Source: Candidatus Saccharimonadota bacterium
Lineage (GTDB): Bacteria > Patescibacteriota > Gracilibacteria > UBA4473
Assembly (NCBI GenBank): GCA_963677105.1
Contig: OY781871.1
Location: 930,417-962,416 of the forward strand
Direction of reading: 5' to 3'
Length of the DNA: 32,000 nt
A model generated the notes under the pieces. That model was not told the DNA's origin, ran no database searches, and saw nothing but the letters and a program-made list of their open reading frames with translations. The translations under genes and the position numbers were made by a program. Position 1 is the stretch's first letter. The number at the start of each line of letters is the position of its first letter. Shown here piece after piece: positions 1-10,100 of this stretch.

Positions 1-1
1 T

Positions 2-1777
2 TTAACCGGAAATGAGTTTGAGAAATTGAGAGGAGTGAAACAAAAATTAGTGATTGAGCGATTGCTTCAATCAGAGGCGACAGATTCGGAATTGCGTGAG
101 TTGGCAAGTCCAACTGTTTTAAAAAATTTAGCAGAAAAAGAGATTATAACCTTTCGTCTTGGAGAAATTGTTCCAGCTGCGCAGCCTGATTTTACGCGTC
201 CGACACATAATTTATCTCTTGCACAACAAGAAATATTTGAGAACATTTCTAAATCAAAAAAGCCGTGTTTGCTCTGGGGAGTTACGGGTTCTGGAAAAAC
301 AGAAATTTATAAAAAGTTGGCGGAAAAAGTTATTTCTGCCGGAAAACAAGTACTTATTTTATTGCCAGAAATTGCACTGACGCCACAACTTATTGCAGAA
401 TTTCGTTCAGTTGGTTCGGTTGCCGTTTGGCACTCAAAACTCTCAGAAGGAGAACGAGTTCAAGAATGGGCAAGATGTGCTTCTGGAGAAGCTCAGATTT
501 TAATTGGAGCGAGAAGTGCAGCCTTGATTCCGTTGCCAAATGTAAAGCTTATTGTTTTGGACGAAGAACATGAATGGACGTTTAAATCAGAAACAGCACC
601 ACGATTGTGGACACATGATGTAGCAGAATGGCTGAGTTTTATGTTACAAACAAAACTTGTATTTGGTTCAGCAACACCGCGATTAGAAAGTTGGATGCGT
701 TGTGAAAAAGGGGAGTGGAATCGTTGTGATTTGAGGGAACGAGTAAACGAAACAGAATTACCCAAGATTCAGTTTGTCGATATGAGAAATGAAGTGAAAT
801 TTGGGAATTATGGACCGATTTCTTCTTATTTAGCAGAAGCCATTGGAGAAACCGTTGACGCTGGAAAACAAGTAGTTTTATTTCTCAATCGTCGAGGATT
901 TTCGGGGTCTACAACGTGTCGTATGTGTGGAGAAACCCATAATTGTCCGTACTGTGATGTTCCCATGAAATTGCATAGAAATGGAGCAAATTCACGAATG
1001 ATCTGTCATGTATGTGGACATTTAGCGCCGTTTACAGATCGATGTCCAAATTGCGATGCAGAAGATTTTGTATTTCGTGGATGGGGAACACAACAAGTAG
1101 AACACGAATTGAAAGAAAATTTTCCAGGACTTCGTGTGCTGCGCGCGGATGCAGATTCAGTAGGAGGAAAACACGATTTTCGAAAGCTCTGCGATAGGTT
1201 TTCTGCGCATGAAGCAGATGTTCTTTTGGGAACACAAATGGTGGCGAAAGGATTAGATTTTGAAAAAGTAGCACTCGTTGGAGTTATTCTCGCAGATGTT
1301 GGATTATCGCTTCCTGATTTTCGTTCAGAAGAACGAGCGTTTCAGTTACTAACACAAGTTTCTGGACGCGCTGGAAGAAGAAAAACGCAGGGAAATATTC
1401 TCATTCAAACTTTTAAACCAGATGAAAAAGTATTCTCGTTCGTAAAAAAACACGACACGGGAGGATTTCTCGATTGGCAAAAAACAGCCCGTTCTTCCAC
1501 AGGATTGCCTCCGTTTGGAGCGATTGCGAAAATAGGATTTTCAAATGAAGATAAAAAAGTTTCGTTCCAATTGGCACAAGATCTATTTCGTGAGGTGAAA
1601 AAAAGAAACGATTGCACATGTAATTTCGCGCCAGCATTTTGGCCACGAACGCATGGAAAATATCATTTTCGCGTATTTATTCAGACGAAAACACGAGAAG
1701 AATTATATGTAATATTACGATCGTTAGATTTACCACAAAGCGCAAAGATAGATGTGAATCCGGCAAGTTTATTATAA
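2..1777 (+). CDS. priA: Primosomal protein N' (PriA replication-restart helicase), 5' partial
   Basis: The frame is open to the window edge, with no stop from nt 2; the track start at 26 is a TTG. Motifs seen: Walker A GVTGSGKTEIY, DExH box LDEEHE, Cys-rich zinc insert CRMCGETHNCPYCD...CHVCGH...CPNCD, and motif VI QVSGRAGR. Walker A lies only about 90 aa from the edge, so the N-terminal DNA-binding domains must be upstream. Confidence 0.9.
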   Translation, partial: LTGNEFEKLRGVKQKLVIERLLQSEATDSELRELASPTVLKNLAEKEIITFRLGEIVPAAQPDFTRPTHNLSLAQQEIFENISKSKKPCLLWGVTGSGKTEIYKKLAEKVISAGKQVLILLPEIALTPQLIAEFRSVGSVAVWHSKLSEGERVQEWARCASGEAQILIGARSAALIPLPNVKLIVLDEEHEWTFKSETAPRLWTHDVAEWLSFMLQTKLVFGSATPRLESWMRCEKGEWNRCDLRERVNETELPKIQFVDMRNEVKFGNYGPISSYLAEAIGETVDAGKQVVLFLNRRGFSGSTTCRMCGETHNCPYCDVPMKLHRNGANSRMICHVCGHLAPFTDRCPNCDAEDFVFRGWGTQQVEHELKENFPGLRVLRADADSVGGKHDFRKLCDRFSAHEADVLLGTQMVAKGLDFEKVALVGVILADVGLSLPDFRSEERAFQLLTQVSGRAGRRKTQGNILIQTFKPDEKVFSFVKKHDTGGFLDWQKTARSSTGLPPFGAIAKIGFSNEDKKVSFQLAQDLFREVKKRNDCTCNFAPAFWPRTHGKYHFRVFIQTKTREELYVILRSLDLPQSAKIDVNPASLL

Positions 1778-1855
1778 AATCAACGGTTATTTTTTATCGA
1801 GAAACAAGCGGTGCTTTTATTGATTTTTCATTGCATTTCTCTACACTCATAATCG

Positions 1856-2017
1856 ATGAGTTCCGTTCAAAAATTTATGTGTAACGATTGTGAAGCTCTT
1901 TGGGAGGAAATTCCTAATGGAGAAGTTTTTTGTCTTGCATGTGGTTCACGAAATATAGAAGATTTGGCGGAAACGTGTCAGAAATGTCATCGCACATGTG
2001 GACAGTGTGGTAAATAA
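1856..2017 (+). CDS. Small 53-aa zinc-ribbon protein with 8 Cys (FmdB/CxxC_CxxC-like architecture), absent from the ORF track
   Basis: My own translation gives MSSVQKFMCNDCEALWEEIPNGEVFCLACGSRNIEDLAETCQKCHRTCGQCGK*. An in-frame TAA sits at 1850-1852, ATG at 1856 (alternative ATG at 1877) and TAA at 2015-2017. The Cys pattern is CxxC-14-CxxC followed by CxxC-3-CxxC. The ORF ends 7 nt before the next gene's ATG. Confidence 0.55.
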   Translation: MSSVQKFMCNDCEALWEEIPNGEVFCLACGSRNIEDLAETCQKCHRTCGQCGK

Positions 2018-2024
2018 AACAAAC

Positions 2025-3431
2025 ATGAAAAAAATATTTGCTGTATTCGGGATAATGCTTCTTGCGTCGACCTTTTCTGGATGTCAGAAAAAACCAGAAC
2101 CAGATAGAATTGTTCCAGCTGGACAGAGTGCAAAAATGCAAGTATGGACAGCACGAGAGACGAAAGTTTTAAAAGCTTTAGCAAAAGAATTTATTTCTGC
2201 CACGAACATTCCGGGATTTTCCATTGATGTTATTACGTTTGAATCAGAAGAGATTTTACAAAAAACATTGGTAGAAAAAATGGCTGAAGGGGCTGGTCCA
2301 GATGTAGTTTTGACCGATGGAGAATGGATTGGTTTTAATTCTGGAAAATTAGTTCCATTAAAACAAGAGGAAGGATTTGGTATAAATGAATATGGTTCAT
2401 CTTTTGTGCGACTTGCAACAGAATTATTAATTCAAGAAGATGAAATATACGGAGTTCCTTTATCAGTAGATACGTTAGCAGTTGTTTATAATGAAGAACA
2501 TTTAATTGATCGTTTAACGAATCGAAATCAACCAGGTCGTACATGGAAAGAGTTTCAGCAAGATGTAGAATTACTTACAAAACAAGACAAATCTTTTAAT
2601 CGTTTTGCTCGTTCAGGAACAGCTATTGGACGAACAGACAACACAAAACATGGAGTAGAATTGCTTGAAAATATAATGCTCCAATATGGCACACCATTCT
2701 TTTCTGAAGATCAAACAAAGGCGACATTCGCTTCTACAAAAGGAGTCAATCCTGAAGGACGACGTCAGAATTTTGGTGTAGCGGGATTGAAATTCTTTAC
2801 GAGTTTTGCGAATGAAAAATATAAAAACTTTTCTTGGAATGAATATTTAGCGGCAAGTGAAGATGAAAATAAAGAATTTACAGCATTTGCAAAGGGTGAT
2901 GTTTCCATGGTATTTGCGTATCCAAAAGATTTAGAAACAATTCGATCACTTATTAAATCAGAAAAAAAAGGTATTAGTGAAAAAAATATGCATGTTGCTT
3001 TGTTGCCACAAGTTTTAGATCCAGAAAATACTACAAGTAGAGTTGTACTGGGAAAATTATTTGCTGGAGCAGTGGCTCGTACGACACAATTTCCGGATGC
3101 TTCATGGAGATTTTTGAAATTTCTTTCGCGACGAAATATTCAATCAGGATTTTACGATGCAACAGGATTGCCGACGGCGCGTCTCGATTTGATTCTTGAA
3201 CAAGCAGCAGAACCAGAAAGTGGAATATTTGCGAGACAAGCAAAATTTGCTCGTTCCAATTTACTCCCGATAGACAAAATTTATTTTCACAAAGAGCTAG
3301 ATTTATTAGTACAAAATGTAAATAAAGGAGGAAATGAAGAAGAATTACTTAAAAAACTTGAATCTAAAATAACGTCTCTTCGACAAGAAACATTAAAGTT
3401 GGATAAATTGATCGAACGAGAAAAGAAATAA
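2025..3431 (+). CDS. Extracellular solute-binding lipoprotein (ABC-type family-1 SBP-like)
   Basis: Signal peptide plus lipobox MKKIFAVFGIMLLASTFSG|C. SBP-like N-lobe: QVWTARETKVLKALAKEF...GPDVVLTDGEWIGFNSGKLVPL. I prefer ATG 2025 to the track's GTG 1998, which would bury the signal peptide. Confidence 0.75.
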   Translation: MKKIFAVFGIMLLASTFSGCQKKPEPDRIVPAGQSAKMQVWTARETKVLKALAKEFISATNIPGFSIDVITFESEEILQKTLVEKMAEGAGPDVVLTDGEWIGFNSGKLVPLKQEEGFGINEYGSSFVRLATELLIQEDEIYGVPLSVDTLAVVYNEEHLIDRLTNRNQPGRTWKEFQQDVELLTKQDKSFNRFARSGTAIGRTDNTKHGVELLENIMLQYGTPFFSEDQTKATFASTKGVNPEGRRQNFGVAGLKFFTSFANEKYKNFSWNEYLAASEDENKEFTAFAKGDVSMVFAYPKDLETIRSLIKSEKKGISEKNMHVALLPQVLDPENTTSRVVLGKLFAGAVARTTQFPDASWRFLKFLSRRNIQSGFYDATGLPTARLDLILEQAAEPESGIFARQAKFARSNLLPIDKIYFHKELDLLVQNVNKGGNEEELLKKLESKITSLRQETLKLDKLIEREKK

Positions 3432-4600
3432 TGAATAAATCTTGTACTTGGAAACAACAAATGGGAGAATTTCTTTCTATTGGAGGAGAACTTTTGTTTT
3501 GGCTTACTTGGTGGTTACCAACAGGATTTTCCTTAGGAGGAAATCCTACGTTTTTTGGAGAATTTTATTCTGAATTATCAGTTATTTTACCAATCTCAGG
3601 AATGGGACTTATTTTGTGGTGGATTGGGAAATTAATTCTTGCTCCACGATTAAATCCTCAAAAAATAATTTTTCCACTTATTTGGTTGGTCGTGTGGGGA
3701 ATAAATACGATTTTTTCGTTTGATCCATCGATATCAATTTCTTATCTATTAGTGTGGGCGGTTGGATTATTAGCATTAGGAACGAAGGAAACTTTTTTCG
3801 CAGTTGGTGCACGACGTATCTTTTTTGGTCTAGGTCTCGCTCTTGGTTTTGCAGCTATTCGATGGTTCCCAATGTTAGACGTTTCGTCCGAACTTTTATC
3901 TATTGGTGCCGTTTGGGGATTAATTTTTCTTTCATGGGAACCAAGATTTTTCGGAAAGTTTTTTTGGCAAATGCTCTTTTTAATTGGAGTATTTTTTTCA
4001 GGAAGTTTGGCAGCACAATTTGCAGCGTTAATGGTGTTAGTTTTTGGACGAAGATGGTTTGGTATTTCTTCTGGAAAAAAATCACCTTTTTGGTTGGCGA
4101 TTATGATTTGGGGAATTGTTTTTGGATGGCAGTTGGCTGAAAACGGACCATTTATATTGAGAATGCAACCCTATTGGATACAGATTTTTCACGATTGGAA
4201 ACAATTCCTTTTGGGAGTAGGAGAAGGACAATTTCTCGTTGGATTACAACATTTTTCATCAACATTATTAGACGCAACTCAACTGCGAATTCCTGAGAGT
4301 GGAGCAATTATAACTTTTTTTGAACACGGAATTATTGGTGTGATTTCATTTCTTGTATTACTCCTTTTTACCAATTCAAAACGTCCGCCATTTCTTTCTT
4401 GGTGGTTAGTTTTCTTCTGGATTTTTTCTCCTGTATTTGTGACACGAGAAGAGGGAATACTGTTTCTTTTAGTATTACTAGCAACACAAATTCCAAGAGA
4501 ACGTATCGAAAAAAAACGAAAAAGACCTCAACGCCGAAAAAGAGTTGGGCGACCACGAACGACATCAATTGCGGAAGCAGGAGATTTACCAGCGAGTTGA
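3431..4600 (+). CDS. Polytopic membrane protein, O-antigen ligase/Wzy-like, with a highly basic C-terminal tail
   Basis: About 10 hydrophobic segments. A late loop LLGVGEGQF...IPESGAIITFFEHGIIGV resembles the GxGxGxF...HNxyLxxxxExGxxG region of the Wzy_C/O-antigen ligase family. The tail is KKRKRPQRRKRVGRPRTT. Its ATG overlaps the upstream TAA by 1 nt (TAATG). Confidence 0.5.
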   Translation: MNKSCTWKQQMGEFLSIGGELLFWLTWWLPTGFSLGGNPTFFGEFYSELSVILPISGMGLILWWIGKLILAPRLNPQKIIFPLIWLVVWGINTIFSFDPSISISYLLVWAVGLLALGTKETFFAVGARRIFFGLGLALGFAAIRWFPMLDVSSELLSIGAVWGLIFLSWEPRFFGKFFWQMLFLIGVFFSGSLAAQFAALMVLVFGRRWFGISSGKKSPFWLAIMIWGIVFGWQLAENGPFILRMQPYWIQIFHDWKQFLLGVGEGQFLVGLQHFSSTLLDATQLRIPESGAIITFFEHGIIGVISFLVLLLFTNSKRPPFLSWWLVFFWIFSPVFVTREEGILFLLVLLATQIPRERIEKKRKRPQRRKRVGRPRTTSIAEAGDLPAS

Positions 4601-5400
4601 ATTACTTGAAGCCAGAGAGATCCATTTTTACAGATTAGTTCAATACTTTGTTCACTTTTCTCAAGAGAACATTTGAGAATTTTAACAGGTCCACTTTCCG
4701 TCATAATAAAAATTCCTGGCCAAACATCAAATGCACGATATTTGTTCCAAATCGTTTCAGCAGATTCTGTTTTAAGAAAAATTTCTCCATTAGATTTTTC
4801 AAATTTCCCACAATGAGTAGCTTCTATTTCTTCCTGAGGAAGAGCGGGAAGTGTTTCGAAGTTTTTTACCAATTCAGGAAGAGCATCTGCAGATTTATTC
4901 GACCAATCGTTCCATAATTCTTTTGTTCCACGATTATTAATTTCTTCTTTCATTTGCCATAAAATATCTCCCGCATCGAGTTCTTTTACCATTTTTTGTA
5001 ATGTGATTCCTGAAATTGTATCACCATTTAAAATAGCAGATTGAACGGGTGAGGCGCCTCGCCATTTTGGTAATAATGAGAAGTGAACATTTACTGTTGG
5101 AGCGAGTTTCAAAGCTTCTTCTGGGAAAATAACACCAAAAGCAATTACAACTCCTAAATCAGGAGTAAGTTTTTTATAAACATCAATAATGTCGTTTTTT
5201 TTCTCTATTTCAAAAACAGAAAGATGTAACTTTTCGGCTTCTTTTTTCACAGGACAAGCAGTCAGAACTTGTTTTCGACCAACTTTTTTATCTGGTGGAC
5301 ACAACACTCCCAAAATTTCAATATCAGCATCGACTGAAAGTGCTTGTAAACTCGGGACAGCAATGTCGGGAGTTCCGGAAAAAAGTATTTTTCGTGCCAT
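4528..5400 (-). CDS. fmt: Methionyl-tRNA formyltransferase
   Basis: N-terminus is ILFSGTPDIAVPSLQAL. Formyltransferase core is NVHFSLLPKWRGASPVQSAILNGD, followed by a C-terminal beta-barrel-like domain. Confidence 0.9.
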   Translation of the reverse strand: MARKILFSGTPDIAVPSLQALSVDADIEILGVLCPPDKKVGRKQVLTACPVKKEAEKLHLSVFEIEKKNDIIDVYKKLTPDLGVVIAFGVIFPEEALKLAPTVNVHFSLLPKWRGASPVQSAILNGDTISGITLQKMVKELDAGDILWQMKEEINNRGTKELWNDWSNKSADALPELVKNFETLPALPQEEIEATHCGKFEKSNGEIFLKTESAETIWNKYRAFDVWPGIFIMTESGPVKILKCSLEKSEQSIELICKNGSLWLQVIQLAGKSPASAIDVVRGRPTLFRR

Positions 5401-5429
5401 TTTTATTCAATTGTGGCAAACTGCCATCG

Positions 5430-6056
5430 ATGCAAATCGTGCCAGAAATTCTCAAAAAAGTCGAACTTGCTGGAGCACAATTAGTTGCTGTGACGAAATA
5501 TTTTTCACCAGAGGAGACTAACAAGATTGTTTCTTATTTACGTAATACTGAGACAATTATTGGGTTTGGAGAAAACCGTGTTTCTCAAATTTCTGAAAAA
5601 AATATTGAGAGAAAGAAAATGCATTTCATTGGAAATATTCAATCTCGTGATATTCCTCAAATTTCAAAACATTGTTCAGTAATTCATTCTTTATGTTCTG
5701 TGAAACACGCAGAAATTTTAGCAAAACGAGAAGAATTACTAGCTGTTTTTATTCAAATAAATATTTCTCGTGAGCCTCAAAAATCAGGAATTATGCCAGA
5801 AGAATTAGAATCATTTTTGATCAAGATTCAAGAATATAATCTCGATATAAAAGGATTATCTGCAATAGGAGCAGGAGAATTTAATGAAAAACAAAAACGA
5901 GAAGAATTTCGGGAATTAATTTTTTTGCGAAACAAGTTTCTTCCAGGAAAAAAGATTTCTGCAGGAACTTCTCGAGATTTTGAAATCGCATTAGAAGAAG
6001 GAATAGAGATAGTTCGTATTGGAAGGGCGCTCTTTCAAAGTCCAAATAACAAATAA
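5430..6056 (+). CDS. yggS: YggS-family pyridoxal-phosphate-binding protein (alanine racemase N-terminal fold)
   Basis: LVAVTKYFSPEE carries the PLP lysine context, followed by GFGENRVSQ and a C-terminal IVRIGRALF. ATG 5430 is preferred because the track's upstream extension (5295) overlaps fmt and looks non-protein-like. Confidence 0.8.
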   Translation: MQIVPEILKKVELAGAQLVAVTKYFSPEETNKIVSYLRNTETIIGFGENRVSQISEKNIERKKMHFIGNIQSRDIPQISKHCSVIHSLCSVKHAEILAKREELLAVFIQINISREPQKSGIMPEELESFLIKIQEYNLDIKGLSAIGAGEFNEKQKREEFRELIFLRNKFLPGKKISAGTSRDFEIALEEGIEIVRIGRALFQSPNNK

Positions 6057-6169
6057 CAATTATCAAAGTATAAATTAAAATAAAACGAAGCAATCTTCGA
6101 AAAATTTTAGTCGAACATAAATAGTAGAAAAATATTGAAACTTTTTGAAAAATCTATACAAATAACGTG

Positions 6170-7078
6170 ATGGAAAAGTCCTCCCCAAAAACTTCGTTCA
6201 AGAGAGTTGCTATTTATACCCATAATAAGCCCTCAAAGGAAAAGGAGGAGAGCTTATTTATTAAAGAAAAAATAATTCCATTTTTAAAAGAACATGGAGT
6301 AAAAGAGGTTCATGGAGACATTAGAACAGTCTCATTAATGGAGAGCTCAATAGATCTTATTGATGATGAACAATCATATGATTTGAAAATTGGAATTGGG
6401 GGAGATGGGACATTATTAAAAATGATGAGAACGCTCCAAAAAAATGATGGTTTGTTTTTGGGAATTAATTTTGGAACGCTTGGTTTTTTAGCCGAATTAC
6501 ATCCTTCTCAGTGGAAAGAATCGTTAACACAGATTTTTAATGGAAAATATTTCGTTGATGAACGAATGTTATTGAAAGCTTTTGTGTGGAGGATGAATGC
6601 ACAAGGAGAGAAAGAAAAAATATTTCGAGCGTATGCATTAAATGATCTTGTGTTCGGACATGGAGGATTGGCACGTTTAACAAACTTTCGTGTACGAGTC
6701 GGACGTCGAAATCTTTCAATATATCGAGCAGACGGATTAATCTTTGCTACACCAACAGGAACCACTGCATATTCATTATCTGCGGGAGGACCAATTGTAT
6801 ATCCAGGACTTAGTGCCGTAACAGTAACACCAGTTGCACCACATCATTTAACTCATCGTCCGATTGTATTGGGAACAGATCGTGCTATAAATTTAGATTT
6901 TGATGCACGAGCAGAATCGGTTTCTTTCACTGTTGATGGACAGATTCATTTTTCAATGCGTCCGAGTGATGAAGTAACTATTCAGCGTGCAACGCGTACG
7001 GTTAAATTCATCCGATTAAAACAATCACATTTTTTTCGAACACTTCGTAATAAAATGGGCTGGGGAGAAAAAAAGTAA
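6170..7078 (+). CDS. nadK: NAD+ kinase
   Basis: Motifs GIGGDGTLL, ALNDLV and ADGLIFATPTGTTAYSLSAGGPIV. The start is either GTG 6167 or the adjacent ATG 6170. Confidence 0.9.
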   Translation: MEKSSPKTSFKRVAIYTHNKPSKEKEESLFIKEKIIPFLKEHGVKEVHGDIRTVSLMESSIDLIDDEQSYDLKIGIGGDGTLLKMMRTLQKNDGLFLGINFGTLGFLAELHPSQWKESLTQIFNGKYFVDERMLLKAFVWRMNAQGEKEKIFRAYALNDLVFGHGGLARLTNFRVRVGRRNLSIYRADGLIFATPTGTTAYSLSAGGPIVYPGLSAVTVTPVAPHHLTHRPIVLGTDRAINLDFDARAESVSFTVDGQIHFSMRPSDEVTIQRATRTVKFIRLKQSHFFRTLRNKMGWGEKK

Positions 7079-7149
7079 TCAAATATTAAAGTACAAATTA
7101 CAAACTTGATTCACTTTAAATCTTTATTAAATTTCATTACAATTCCTTT

Positions 7150-10100
7150 GTGAAAAACAAAATAAAAATCCTCCTGTTTTTATTAAGTCTGTTGTGCGGA
7201 TTTTTTCCTATGAATGTGATCGGAGAAATTGCTTCAGTCCAGCCAGCAAGATTGTATAAAGCAACTCATGCAGACAATAATTACGTAACATTTCCAAATG
7301 ATATTGGGAGTTTAAAAGGACATACTGTTCGATTTAGAACAATCTATGATTCTACGGTTTCTACATATGGTTTATTTGGAGCAACCGATTCAATAGGTCG
7401 TAGATTTGATATTTATTGTTATTCTGGTGGGTTTCGAGTATTTAATCCTAAAAATGCTACCTATTCGGAATACAGAAAATTTGGTGATTCTTTTGCCAAT
7501 GGAGATCTTTTAGATGTAGAGGTTACATGGAGTGATTTGGATGCAGTTGCTCCTACAGTAATCGTTAATGGAACTACATTGACGAGTGGTTCTGCAGGAA
7601 ACGTTGGACTAAGTGCTACAGTGAGCACGTTTTATCTTTATTCAATTGCAGTTGGAGGGGGAATAGGAAATTCTACATATGCGGGGAATAACTATCTTGG
7701 TGATGTGCGTGTTTATAATTCAAGCGATGAGTTGCTACACTCATGGCATTTAGATGAAGAAGAGGGAACAGTCGTGTATGACAGCATACAAGAGTGGGAA
7801 AGTGCAGAGTTAAATATTGGAAATGAGTTTATTCCATGGGGAGCTTCAGGATGGACTACACATACAAATGTTGCGGGAGGAGTTGAATTACAAAGTAATA
7901 CAAGCGCTGGAAGTTATACTGGAGTTGATCTAGATATGACCTGTGGAGAAGCCGATAATAAAACGTTTCGAGTTCAAGCAATTGTTGAGGTAACAAGTAT
8001 TGATACTGGAAATATAAATATAAAACTTGGTTCAGCTGGTGGTGGTTATACCGAATCAAGTGATCAGTATAGAATCTCAACTACGGGGACATTTTATATT
8101 GATGAGTTAATGGTCAAAGATTCATATATCGAAGAACATTCAACAATTCCTTTTGAGTTTTCTACATCGACAGATTCAGGTACAACAGCTACATATACGA
8201 TTTCTGATATTTCTGTAAAAGAAGTCCATGCACCTTCTCATGGAACAATATACAATGCGACTGAAAACACTTTTTTTACAGAAGATCCCCAATTTAAAAG
8301 TTATCAAAATGATTTTGGATACACAAATGTTATAAATAATAAAAGTGCGACTCGATATTGGGATACAGGTGTTACAGTTGGTTCTAGTGCAGATATTAAT
8401 CTCGAAAATTTAAAGGTAGAAGCACTTCTTAATGTTCAAACAGCGACAGCGAATCAATATGCTTTTCGAGTAACAAACAGTGGTACCGACGGAAGGTTCT
8501 ATGTTCGAAGTAATGGAACAGGTGGATTTCAATTTGGAAATGCTGAAATATACCCCGTTTCCACAGGTTTATTTGAAGTAGGTGAATGGATAAAAGTAAC
8601 GGCAGTAAGTCTTGATGGGATATATATAAATGATGTGAAAAAAATTGATACGAGTGAAGGGACGATTGGTACTCAAGCAGTAAACACACCATTACTTATT
8701 GGAAATACTTCAAATTCTTTATTACAAGGCATAAAGTATTTTAAAATTTACGACGGAGACACTCTAATAAAAATAATAACAGTTAATGATGATGGAGAAT
8801 TTGAAGATCAAGATGGGAATGTTTTAACAGCAAGTGGAACGGGAGATTATTCGAGTATGAAAATACCTGTTGTAATAGATAAAATGGGAATGGCTCAATC
8901 GAATGATGTAGCAGGTGGTTCTTTAGACTCTACGTATTCAGGAATTACTAAGAATGAAATACAATTGGCAGAATCAAATGTCGCCCAATTTGATGGAACA
9001 GATGATTGGGTGAAAATTCCAGGTTCAGGAACACCTTTTGCGGGGAAAGCTTTTACTAGATTTGAAACTAAAATATATCCGACTTCTACAGCGACATATC
9101 TTTCATTATTCGATACAGGAATGGGATATCAAATAAAAGGATGGAGATCTTTTTTAAATTCTTCAAATCAAGTGGCAACACAATTACATAGAAGTAGTGC
9201 TGTTGAGTCTATTACATCGACACTTTCTGTGAATTTGAATGAATGGAATACGGTACAAGTTGAAATTGATGAAGTTAATAAAAAAATGATTTATACAATA
9301 AATGGAACGAGTGAAGAAATTTCATATGTAAATGATTTCGTAAATGAATCTCATTCTGGTTATGCATGGGTTGGGTTTAGTGGAGGAATTTCCTATTACG
9401 GAGGTTTAATAGATTGGCTTGAATTTGATACAGAAGATAAAACCTATCGATATGATTTTGGAGAGGGAAATGGCGTTATTGTTTATGATAGAGTGCCAAC
9501 TGCTTACGGAGATAATTCAATAGTTAGTAATCTAGAAAATAGTACTCTAGCACCATATACAACTTTTACTTCTAATGGGTCAACAGGATTTGAAGCAGTA
9601 AGTGATGGAAGCGGAAGTCAGTATTGCGGAACAGCAGATGAAATAAGTATAATAACTGGAGAGAGTTATTTAGTAGAATTTGATTTAACTCTTAATAGTG
9701 GAACTGTGCCTTCTATAAGATTTTTATCTGGTGACGCAGCTGGTACGTCTTCAAATATTATTAATTCAGTAGAAGGTCATAATCAAGTTGTTTTAACAAC
9801 TACAAATACCACAACTGCTAGAATGCAGTTTAACAATCTCTCAGCGGTTGTCGATTTTGAAGTTTCTAATTTAACTATTAAAGAAATCTACTATCCAATT
9901 AATGGAACAATCACTAATGCAGATATAAATACTTTTTGGGTCACAGATAACACAACTTCAGCTGACAATCTGGTGAACGGATTTAGTGAAGCCAATATGT
10001 TAAACGGAGTAGATGATAAAACATTGATAACAGACTCTACGAATCTAGGTGGAACGAGAGCGGTAATTACTTGTCGGACAGATTCTTCTACTCGACAAGC

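Noticed and set aside
1998-2024. GTG 1998 start for the SBP gene, and ORF 1639..1884
   Set aside because: GTG 1998 overlaps the zinc-ribbon ORF and puts 9 residues before the signal peptide. ORF 1639..1884 overlaps the priA 3' end in another frame and looks non-protein-like.
3754-4140. 128-aa alternative-frame plus-strand ORF inside the Wzy-like gene
   Set aside because: It overlaps a longer ORF with coherent TM-helix periodicity, and its own translation is Phe/Trp/Arg-rich frame-shift noise.
6086-6099. Hairpin CGAAG-CAAT-CTTCG after yggS as a terminator
   Set aside because: The stem is only 5 bp. It is followed by an A-run before any T-run, so it is too weak to call.
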